From Alphaproteobacteria bacterium (GTDB lineage Bacteria; Pseudomonadota; Alphaproteobacteria; CBCXTS01), in NCBI GenBank assembly GCA_965178085.1, contig CBCXTS010000021.1, positions 322,048 to 386,047 of the forward strand: a stretch of DNA of 64,000 nt, read 5' to 3'. Each line of letters starts with the position of its first letter. Positions within the stretch are counted from its first letter, which is position 1. The position numbers were made by a program, and so were the translations under genes. Of the stretch, positions 54,842-62,883 are shown piece after piece. The notes under the pieces were generated by a model. That model made no database searches. It was not told the DNA's origin and saw nothing but the letters and a program-made list of their open reading frames with translations.

Positions 54842-55585
54842 TTAAACCCTAATTTTTGTCAAAAGATTCCGTTCGCAATATTCTTGAATGGCTACTAGAG
54901 TTTTTTCTTGTTCTTTTTGTAATTGATACAATAAAAACATTAAAATTAAGCTGATAAACAACGCAACGAGCGTTGAATTAAATGCCAATCCTAAGCTTTG
55001 TGTCATCCCGGATATATTTCCAGATAATGCTTGATCTGCCTGAGCAAGTGCTTGGCCTATGCCGCGTACTGTACCTATAAACCCAATAGATGGAACTGCC
55101 CAAATAATATAACGTATCATTGCATTATCTGAATCTTGCTCAAGCGATACATCTTCAATTGTAGAGCGCACGCACTCGCTGGTGTTATGGACATTTTTTG
55201 TGCTTTTAAAATGCCTAAGACTTGATATAACAACCCGCATCAGTGGAGTTTCACGCTCACGATGCTCAAGCGATTCAAGCCTATTCAACAATTGATCAAT
55301 GTTTTGAGTATCTTCTATAACATTGACATAATATTGATGTTTATTGCTCGATATTTGTAAAATTTTTGATAAAATAAGATAACTTCCCCATAAAAGCCCA
55401 ATCAAACATATCTCTTGTTCTAGATCTTTTAAAATAACAAATATATTTCGTGGCGCCGAAAGGCCTTCAGCATATGCGGCTTGTATCGCACTGTCTGCAT
55501 TAGGATGGATAAACCCTAAATAAACCACATGTACTAAAACGATTGAAAGTGCTAAAGCAATAAGGCTTTTCACCATTGCTAACAT
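54842..55585 (-). CDS. MotA/TolQ/ExbB-family proton channel protein
   Basis: 247 aa. The conserved C-terminal helices AVPSIGFIGTVRGIGQALAQ...GMTQSLGLAFNSTLVALFISLILMFLLY are diagnostic of the family. Confidence 0.85.
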   Translation of the reverse strand: MLAMVKSLIALALSIVLVHVVYLGFIHPNADSAIQAAYAEGLSAPRNIFVILKDLEQEICLIGLLWGSYLILSKILQISSNKHQYYVNVIEDTQNIDQLLNRLESLEHRERETPLMRVVISSLRHFKSTKNVHNTSECVRSTIEDVSLEQDSDNAMIRYIIWAVPSIGFIGTVRGIGQALAQADQALSGNISGMTQSLGLAFNSTLVALFISLILMFLLYQLQKEQEKTLVAIQEYCERNLLTKIRV

Positions 55586-55599
55586 GTTAACTGTCTCCT

Positions 55600-55743
55600 T
55601 TAAATATCAATGGGAAATGAAACTGGCGCGTCAATACTAATCACTTCTTGTCCATATGCAAGAACAGCGGTTATCAATAAAATTAAAACAAACAAAAACA
55701 AATAAAACTTCTGTTTTTTATTATTTTTCAATAATTGCATCAT
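55600..55743 (-). CDS. Unannotated 47-aa single-TM peptide between the FGE-fold gene and the MotA-like gene
   Basis: Manual minus-strand translation gives MMQLLKNNKKQKFYLFLFVLILLITAVLAYGQEVISIDAPVSFPIDI*. It is below the ORF-track length cut-off. It lies 14 nt upstream of the MotA-like start and is on the same strand as the operon. Confidence 0.35.
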   Translation of the reverse strand: MMQLLKNNKKQKFYLFLFVLILLITAVLAYGQEVISIDAPVSFPIDI

Positions 55744-55796
55744 CTCTATGTCACTACCAAACAATCATTACTATAAAAGAATATCTATATCTGTTT

Positions 55797-57842
55797 TCAT
55801 TGAACATTCATCACTGATCTTGCAATACGAAAGCCAATCTTATCACTTGGATTGCGACCAGCTTTACGATAACTGGCTCGAAGTTCTCTCAGTGTAGCGC
55901 TTGCCCAACTTGAACCTTTCACAACATGTTTAAGAGAATTGCTATGATTTGGTTGAGGGCCCATCGGATCAGTATATACTTTTTGATTAGGTTTAGCAAA
56001 ACTATACAAATCATGTGTCCACTCACTAACATTACCAATCAAGTCATAAATTCCAAGAATATTTTGCTTGAAACTTCCTACTGGGGCAGTTTTGATATAC
56101 CCGTCTTGATAGTTTGGGATCATACGCTTTGTTGTACCTTGAGCTGAAGCATCTGCTAAATTGCCTGCCTGCTTTGGAACGGTACTATCATCGCCCCAAA
56201 TGAATTTTGTTGTAGTGTCTTTTCCTGCTTTACGCGCTAACCATTCCCATTCTGCTTCCGTTGGCAATCTGTATCCATTGGCCTTAGCATTATAGCCTTC
56301 ATATTTCCCATCAGCATTAAATCGATAGAATTGTTGCAAACCTTCTTTTTGACTAAGCCAATTGCAAAATTCTGCTGCTTGATTCCAAGTAATATTAGTA
56401 ACTGGCAATTGATCTAGTGATGCGTGTTCTATATTAAAAGCTTGATATTGTTTATTAGTAATTTCATATTTGCTAATTGCTAATTGCTTTGTAAACTGTA
56501 TCTGGCGCAAATGTTCATTCCTAATGCGTCCTTTTTCATTAGCAGGGCTTCCAATTGTTATTGCATCAGGCATAACATTAAGCATTACAATGCCAAGTTT
56601 ACTGGCAAAATGTTGATCCGCTTGATCTTGTAATATTTCAGACAAGCTTTTTAGTTCTATATTGAGCGCAAGCGCTTTGTTGTAACTTAACTCTATTTCT
56701 TGCTTAAATACCTGATAACCTGGAGCTTTTGCTTGTATTGTATATGTTGCCGCTGGGATGTCTATTGATATTGGAGTTTTAGCAAATAGTTGACCATCGA
56801 TATAAATATTTGCTCTTGGTTTACTTGTAATCGCCAAAGAACCTATTGCTTGTTTAAGGTCAAATTCAATAACTTTTAATTCACCAGGTAAAAGTTTAAT
56901 ATTGTTTGTTGCCTTTATATAACCATCTTTTTCATAGTTAATTTCAAGGGCTTTATTCGATACAAAAGACTGAGCTTCAGAACCATCTACAAGCTTGTTA
57001 TTAACCAGCAACTGCCCTCCTTCAGGGTATAATATAAAATCTATATATGCCTTTTTAGGATTTAAAATATAATGGCGTTCAATCACTGATTGGTCCACAG
57101 TGATATCAATTAAGTCATATCTCGTATCATATCCTTTAGATTCTATTGAGAGTTGATGCTTTCCTGGTTTCATTTTCAAATTCTGTGGCGTTGTTCCAAC
57201 TACATTTCCTTCAATATATAAAGTCTGCCCTGTTGGTTTTGAAGTCACTTTTAATGACCCTTCAACGGCTTTTAGCTGAAAAAACAAACGATGCACTCCA
57301 CCTCGTTTGGTGACTATCTTTTCACTGATTGGTTGATAGTGCGGATGGCTAACTGATATGGTTTGCTCTCCAACATCTATTGCTTTTGAAAAGCTTACTC
57401 CTTGATGCAGTTGCTCTCCATTAACAAACCATTGCAAACTTGAATCATCTATATTAGTGCTGGCAGTTACTATAGGAGCAATGGGCTCCATATTAATGCG
57501 AAGAGTCTCATCTAAATGTTCATCTAACCTTATTGTTTTTACTACAAAGCCATCTGCTGCAATTTGTATTGTTGTAGGAATAGCACCAATAAAATAAAAA
57601 CCCTTTTCATAAGATATTGCAAAGCCTTCAATTGTATCTATTTCGATATCAATGCTTGCATCATTAGGCTGGATATCTAAATTGACTGAACGCAATAAAA
57701 ACAACCAAACACTAAAAACCAATACAGCAAAAAGCAATACTAAACCATACAACAATGTTGATAGGCCAAACCTCACTTTAGCTTGTTTGAACTGCTTAGT
57801 TATAGGATCAGATGGATGAGAGTGATCAAACTGGCTCATCAC
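55797..57842 (-). CDS. Membrane-anchored protein with tandem PEGA-like beta domains and a C-terminal FGE/SUMF1-fold domain that lacks the catalytic cysteines
   Basis: N-terminal TM helix (FGLSTLLYGLVLLFAVLVFSVWLFLL). At least four PEGA-like repeats (for example GSLKVTSKPTGQTLYIEGNVVGTTPQNLKMKPGKHQLSIESKGYDTRY). The FGE domain is NITWNQAAEFCNWL...YRLPTEAEWEWLA...GNVSEWTHD...VKGSSWASATLRELRASYR...IGFRIA. No Cys occurs where FGE carries its catalytic Cys pair. Confidence 0.8.
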   Translation of the reverse strand: MMSQFDHSHPSDPITKQFKQAKVRFGLSTLLYGLVLLFAVLVFSVWLFLLRSVNLDIQPNDASIDIEIDTIEGFAISYEKGFYFIGAIPTTIQIAADGFVVKTIRLDEHLDETLRINMEPIAPIVTASTNIDDSSLQWFVNGEQLHQGVSFSKAIDVGEQTISVSHPHYQPISEKIVTKRGGVHRLFFQLKAVEGSLKVTSKPTGQTLYIEGNVVGTTPQNLKMKPGKHQLSIESKGYDTRYDLIDITVDQSVIERHYILNPKKAYIDFILYPEGGQLLVNNKLVDGSEAQSFVSNKALEINYEKDGYIKATNNIKLLPGELKVIEFDLKQAIGSLAITSKPRANIYIDGQLFAKTPISIDIPAATYTIQAKAPGYQVFKQEIELSYNKALALNIELKSLSEILQDQADQHFASKLGIVMLNVMPDAITIGSPANEKGRIRNEHLRQIQFTKQLAISKYEITNKQYQAFNIEHASLDQLPVTNITWNQAAEFCNWLSQKEGLQQFYRFNADGKYEGYNAKANGYRLPTEAEWEWLARKAGKDTTTKFIWGDDSTVPKQAGNLADASAQGTTKRMIPNYQDGYIKTAPVGSFKQNILGIYDLIGNVSEWTHDLYSFAKPNQKVYTDPMGPQPNHSNSLKHVVKGSSWASATLRELRASYRKAGRNPSDKIGFRIARSVMNVQ

Positions 57843-59418
57843 AAATTACCGTAACTGACAAATGATCCATCTCAATGTCAATTTTTATTGTTTTGCGTAC
57901 CGTCTTATATTTTTTTTTGCTTCCTTCTAAAATATATGTCCCGGGTTTTAACGTGATTTGCTTTTCATCTATGACACCAACATGGCCTACACCTACAACT
58001 TTGACATAAGTCTCATTATCAGAAATAACTGTAATATTAACATTTGCATCATAAGATTTAATAAGAGATTGGAGTCTTTCTAGCCGCTTCGATAATGAAA
58101 GACTTAGCACATTCAAATGCAAAAGTTGATCGTGCGTTTTTTGCGCTTTGCTTCTGATCTTAAAGTCTGTCAAGCGCTCGTGATCAATATCATATCGTCC
58201 TATTTGAGAAAAAGCTGATAGCAGTGTTGTAATTATTTCATCAAATTTTATAAAACGCTCATCGCTACCATAACGTGTGAGAGCATCTTGTGATACTTCT
58301 TTAGCATTAATCCAATGATCATTTTCTATGAATTGTTCAATCTTTTTTAGCTTTTCATCAATGTCTCTATCTTTTAAAAACGTATTAATTTTCTGGTGCA
58401 GATTTTCTGTTTCAATCCGATTAGCCCCAATCATTCGTGCCTTTTCGTATAATTTTACTGCTTCAGCAACATCTTGTTTTTGCAACGCATTTGTGCCTTG
58501 TTTAATGAAACGTTGATATTTTTCTTCTATTATTTGCTGATGTAGTTTTTGTATTTTTATTTGGATACCATCTATCTCAGGATCAAGATTTGATAATGCT
58601 TTCAATAAACTATGTTCTAATTTTATGTCATCATTGTCGCGGGCTTTTACTATTTGATGCTGTAGATCTTGAATTTTTGGTAAATTTTTAATCCGCTGCT
58701 GCAATACTAAAGCTTCTTGCGATTGAGGGTTGGTAGTAAGTGCATAATCAATTGCTTCTACGGCTTGCTTATAATTTCTTGACTGGAAATTTTGCTGCGC
58801 TGATAAAAAAGCATCATCATATGTTTTATTCCATAAAAAGCGTATATTTTTGATTTTCTGTAAAGCTTGAGTAAGCAATTCTTTGCCAGAGGTGTAATCA
58901 CCTTGCGTGAACATTGCTAGTGCTTGATCATACATTTGCAAAACTTCGTTATATTGGACGTTTTGATATTGAACTGCCCATTGGAGCAAACTTGCATGTT
59001 GTGACAAACTATTCCAATGTTCTTCAAATTTTGCCAATTCCTTTTTAAATTCTGCACTATCTAACTTAGATTGCAACACAGATTGACTGACTTTATTGTC
59101 ATTTGCATCAATATTTGTTTGAATGTCGTCAGGGTATGTATGTGACTTAACAGATGATAAGCCTACTTGGTTTGCCTCAGCCGATGACCTAGATTTTATA
59201 CCATCACCAGTAGAGCCTTCATTATCAGACTTTTCTAATTGGGATGGTGCTCTATTATCTGTTGTATCAGCTTGATTTTCAAAACTAAAATCATCAGCAA
59301 ATCGAATAAAAAAAAGTAACACGAAGGCAAAAACTGTAAAAATAACGCCTACAATCAGCATATGTTTTCTTCTGGCGTTACGCGCTTGTTTGAAATCAGT
59401 AAATTTATTGTCCATCAA
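57826..59418 (-). CDS. Single-pass membrane protein with TPR-like/helical repeats and a C-terminal PEGA-like beta domain
   Basis: TM helix MLIVGVIFTVFAFVLLFFIRF. About 350 aa of helical repeats follow. The C-terminal QITLKPGTYILEGSKKKYKTVRKTIKIDIEMD matches a PEGA-type fold. The 3' end overlaps the FGE-fold gene by 17 nt. Confidence 0.6.
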   Translation of the reverse strand: MMDNKFTDFKQARNARRKHMLIVGVIFTVFAFVLLFFIRFADDFSFENQADTTDNRAPSQLEKSDNEGSTGDGIKSRSSAEANQVGLSSVKSHTYPDDIQTNIDANDNKVSQSVLQSKLDSAEFKKELAKFEEHWNSLSQHASLLQWAVQYQNVQYNEVLQMYDQALAMFTQGDYTSGKELLTQALQKIKNIRFLWNKTYDDAFLSAQQNFQSRNYKQAVEAIDYALTTNPQSQEALVLQQRIKNLPKIQDLQHQIVKARDNDDIKLEHSLLKALSNLDPEIDGIQIKIQKLHQQIIEEKYQRFIKQGTNALQKQDVAEAVKLYEKARMIGANRIETENLHQKINTFLKDRDIDEKLKKIEQFIENDHWINAKEVSQDALTRYGSDERFIKFDEIITTLLSAFSQIGRYDIDHERLTDFKIRSKAQKTHDQLLHLNVLSLSLSKRLERLQSLIKSYDANVNITVISDNETYVKVVGVGHVGVIDEKQITLKPGTYILEGSKKKYKTVRKTIKIDIEMDHLSVTVICDEPV

Positions 59419-59474
59419 TCATTCCTTGAAAAACAATAATCAAACATTCTACATTAAACAGATAAATATAGCTA

Positions 59475-60740
59475 TTATAAGACAACATCAGGCGTTGTTT
59501 CAGCATCAAATATTCGTTTAAGGTGCGTTCTCCATTGCATATATTGTTCTTTGGCACTGCCTTGCAACTCAACAACTGTATCTTCTAACGTAACAACTTG
59601 CTTGCCAAGGCTAAGTTGTAGAGAATCTCCTAATTCATGAAGATTATCACGATGATATTCGCTTTGTGCACTCAAATTTTGTCCTTCATTCCATGTATAA
59701 ACAGCTGCTCCACCCAACCCTATTGCAAACATTGATGTGTCAACATTGGTATTCGCACCAGCTATAATACTAGCAACAGCGCCCGCAACAGACAAAATGC
59801 TTAATCCTTTTTGTATCATGGCGTCGCGCTCTGCCTCTTGTCTTGCTATATGTTCTAAAAGGGCTTCTTTTTGCCATAAATGATAGGACTCATTCATTGC
59901 TAAAGTGAAGTCTTTATAATTGCTTTGCAGCTTATCAATAAAGGCATTATCATGCTCTCTTAGTCTCTCAATGCGTGCATACATCGGATCATTGTCTGCT
60001 GGCAGACCTAGCAATTCAATTTTTTCATTTTTATCTTTGCCAAGATATTGCCCAAAAGTTTCTTGCGAAAACGCACTGGCAAATTTAATATTTGTAACAT
60101 GCTTGATATTTGTAAGCTCTTGTTTGGAATGCTTCTTTAAAAGCCTAACAATATGTTGAGCGGCTTCATCAAAAGCAGGTTGATATGAATCTTTATGGTC
60201 ATTCCTTGGATCTTGATGAAAGCTTTCTTCTATTTCATGTTCAAATATTTTTTTATCCCAAACATTTCCAAGACTATCTCTGATATCAAGCTCAAACTTG
60301 ATCTCTTTAGCGTTTGATTGCAGTATTTTTCCAAAAACATACAACTCTCCTGCTACTTGATCATTTGGCACTACACGTACTGCGCCGAATGCGCTGGTGT
60401 TTTCTAGAGATTCTTTTAACTTAAGCGGAAATCTATTTGCTTCAGCGCGTCGCAACTCAGGCCAAATATTTTCTTCTTTATAGCTTTGACTATCTTCAGG
60501 CAAACCAGGATCAAACGTTATCAACATGACATCAAGAAAAACTGATGAAGGATCTTCTTGTATCTCAGGCTTTTTTTTATCAAACAAAAGTCCTAAGTTG
60601 CTTCCTAGACTACCCGACGAACTATCCTTAGAGTTGCTCGATAATGATGATGTTTGACACCCTGATAAAAGCATCAATAGTAATATTGCTACAACAGTAG
60701 TTGCAACGCTAAATTTATTTTTATTGCATAGATGTATCAT
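59475..60740 (-). CDS. Lipoprotein of unknown function
   Basis: Lipobox LLLMLLSGCQTS. 421 aa of mixed alpha/beta sequence with a hydrophobic segment near residue 330 (LSILSVAGAVASIIAGA). Confidence 0.6.
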   Translation of the reverse strand: MIHLCNKNKFSVATTVVAILLLMLLSGCQTSSLSSNSKDSSSGSLGSNLGLLFDKKKPEIQEDPSSVFLDVMLITFDPGLPEDSQSYKEENIWPELRRAEANRFPLKLKESLENTSAFGAVRVVPNDQVAGELYVFGKILQSNAKEIKFELDIRDSLGNVWDKKIFEHEIEESFHQDPRNDHKDSYQPAFDEAAQHIVRLLKKHSKQELTNIKHVTNIKFASAFSQETFGQYLGKDKNEKIELLGLPADNDPMYARIERLREHDNAFIDKLQSNYKDFTLAMNESYHLWQKEALLEHIARQEAERDAMIQKGLSILSVAGAVASIIAGANTNVDTSMFAIGLGGAAVYTWNEGQNLSAQSEYHRDNLHELGDSLQLSLGKQVVTLEDTVVELQGSAKEQYMQWRTHLKRIFDAETTPDVVL

Positions 60741-60762
60741 ATGTAAACCGCTAAAATATTAT

Positions 60763-61395
60763 TTAATATTTTCTATATTCTTCCCATAATTTTTTTTGCA
60801 AATCAGGATCTGGTTCATTAAGGGCTTTATTATAAATGATTTTCTTAATAACTTCATCATTATTTGGAGCAACGATATCTTGAGGCACTATCTTTGATGC
60901 CGATGCTTTCCCTTGCCTATCTGTAGAGCCTTGATTCTGCTGGCTTATTTGTTCATCATCCAAACCCGCTTGTATTGCTTCATCACCAGATAAAGTTGGT
61001 GCATCTTGTACAGACAAATCATTCTGTGAAAAATCCGATTGCTGCGTTCCTGAAACATCATCTACTGCAACTGTTGAAACATTTTGACCTGTTTGTGATT
61101 CAAAAGCATCGCTTTGTAAGGCACTATCTCCATTTACATCCCCAGACAAATTAGCAGCTGCTTGCGTATTATCTTGTTGACAATCATCTCTTGCATCAAT
61201 GGATGCAAATAGAGCATCTTCTAATAGTTGTATCCGTTCTTGCGTTGTCAAAGCATCATCATCGATATTACTTAATATATTAACCTCGCAGTTACTGGCA
61301 TATGCACTGTCTTGCATTAGCACTACTTGACTAAACAAATAGATGGCAATAGCAAAGATTAACATTATCAATAAATGAAGCAAATTAATTACCAT
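60763..61395 (-). CDS. Membrane-anchored acidic D/Q/S-rich protein of unknown function
   Basis: An N-terminal signal peptide or anchor (LLHLLIMLIFAIAIYLFSQVVLM) followed by a strongly acidic low-complexity region. It is the first gene of the tight string. Confidence 0.45.
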   Translation of the reverse strand: MVINLLHLLIMLIFAIAIYLFSQVVLMQDSAYASNCEVNILSNIDDDALTTQERIQLLEDALFASIDARDDCQQDNTQAAANLSGDVNGDSALQSDAFESQTGQNVSTVAVDDVSGTQQSDFSQNDLSVQDAPTLSGDEAIQAGLDDEQISQQNQGSTDRQGKASASKIVPQDIVAPNNDEVIKKIIYNKALNEPDPDLQKKLWEEYRKY

Positions 61396-61478
61396 GACGA
61401 TACCCTTTAGATAGCAAGTATAATTGCATTAAGTACAACTAAAACGATACATTGTTTTTTTTAAAATTCAGCTTAGTT

Positions 61479-62711
61479 TTAAACAATATCTAGCTTTGGA
61501 GATACAATAACAAACTGGCAACCCCACTCGCGAACATGCTGAAGCGTTGCTATAATTTCATCTTTAATATTCCAAGGTAAAATAACAATATAATCTGGTT
61601 GGATGGTGTCTATTACAGTTGGAGATGCAATTGGTATATGGCTTCCTGGGGCTAATTTATTTTGCTTATGTATATTTAAATCTACAATATATGAAATATC
61701 ATCACAGCTCATTTTACAGTAATTCAATAATGTATTGCCTTTTGCAGCAGCACCATAGGCAATAATTTTTTTATTATTTGCGCGTGCCTGTTCAACAAAC
61801 TCAATAAAAGCATCACTTGTTGTAGCAACTCTAGAGGCAAAACTTAAATAAGCTTCTTCACAATCCAATTTTGCATCCATTTCTCTTTCAATGAAGTTAT
61901 GTACTGCTGGTAGCTGTATATGTGCGCTATTTTCATGGCAAACCCACACACGATAAGACCCTCCATGGGTTGCTAATTCTTCGACATCAAAAATTCGTAA
62001 ATCATATTTTTTAAAAAAACCTTGCAAAAACAGCAACGATAAATATGAAAAATGCTCATGATAAATTGTATCAAATTGTGTATAATTTATCAAATTGAGT
62101 AAACTAGGAAACTCAAAGCTAATGACGCCTTGTGTAGCAAGCATTACCTTGAAACCCGCCATAAAACTATGCAAATCGGGAACATGCGCCAACACATTAT
62201 TAGCAATCATTAAGTCTGCTTTAGGGTATTTCTTTAGCAATTCCTTGGCAGTGCTTTCGTTAAAAAAAACACCTTCTGTTGGAATAGATTGATTGCGAGC
62301 TATTTCTGCAACATTTTTTGCAGGTTCAACACCTAAAATAGGTATGTCGTATCCAATAAAATGGCGCAATAGATAACCGTCATTTGAGGCAATTTCAACA
62401 ATAAAATTTGAACGATTAAGCTTGAACCTTTCTACAACATAATGGGTATAGTCTTCTGCATGCTTAAGCCATGTCGATGAATATGATGAAAAATACGCGT
62501 AATGGCTAAATATCGATGATACTGGCACTACATCATCAACCTGTACAAGCAAGCATTGCTTACAAAAGCGTGCGTGCAAAGGATAGTACGTATTTTTTCT
62601 ATCAGCGTATGCAGTCTCAACAAATGCGTTGGCCAAAGGCATTTGGCCTAAATCGACAACTGTTGTAAGCGGACGAGTACCGCAATTTCTACATTGTGGG
62701 TTCATTTTCAT
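61479..62711 (-). CDS. Class I SAM-dependent methyltransferase with an N-terminal Zn-ribbon (sugar C-methyltransferase-like)
   Basis: CxxC...C Zn-ribbon (CRNCGTRP...CKQCLL), a methyltransferase core and a C-terminal C-methyltransferase-type domain. The architecture is that of NDP-hexose C-methyltransferases. Confidence 0.7.
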   Translation of the reverse strand: MKMNPQCRNCGTRPLTTVVDLGQMPLANAFVETAYADRKNTYYPLHARFCKQCLLVQVDDVVPVSSIFSHYAYFSSYSSTWLKHAEDYTHYVVERFKLNRSNFIVEIASNDGYLLRHFIGYDIPILGVEPAKNVAEIARNQSIPTEGVFFNESTAKELLKKYPKADLMIANNVLAHVPDLHSFMAGFKVMLATQGVISFEFPSLLNLINYTQFDTIYHEHFSYLSLLFLQGFFKKYDLRIFDVEELATHGGSYRVWVCHENSAHIQLPAVHNFIEREMDAKLDCEEAYLSFASRVATTSDAFIEFVEQARANNKKIIAYGAAAKGNTLLNYCKMSCDDISYIVDLNIHKQNKLAPGSHIPIASPTVIDTIQPDYIVILPWNIKDEIIATLQHVREWGCQFVIVSPKLDIV

Positions 62712-62883
62712 GGCAGCAAAATTTACGTATGTTCTTACAAGTGATCATGGTGTTTTTTATAAATAATAGTAAATTCATTCATTGAACTTATATCAATCAT
62801 TATATAACAATGTTTAAAAATTTTTGTTTAAAAGTTTTAAAATATATTAAACTATGATCTCCATCAAAGTAATGATTGAATGA

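Noticed and set aside
54842-55585. Is the MotA-like gene part of a flagellar stator or a canonical exbB-exbD-tonB or tolQRA-tolB-pal operon?
   Set aside because: No MotB OmpA-like domain, TonB Pro-rich/C-terminal domain, TolA, TolB or Pal is encoded nearby. The B-like partners carry vWA domains instead.
55797-57842. A catalytically active formylglycine-generating enzyme serving a sulfatase
   Set aside because: The C-terminal region where FGE carries its catalytic Cys pair contains no cysteine, and no sulfatase gene is in the window.
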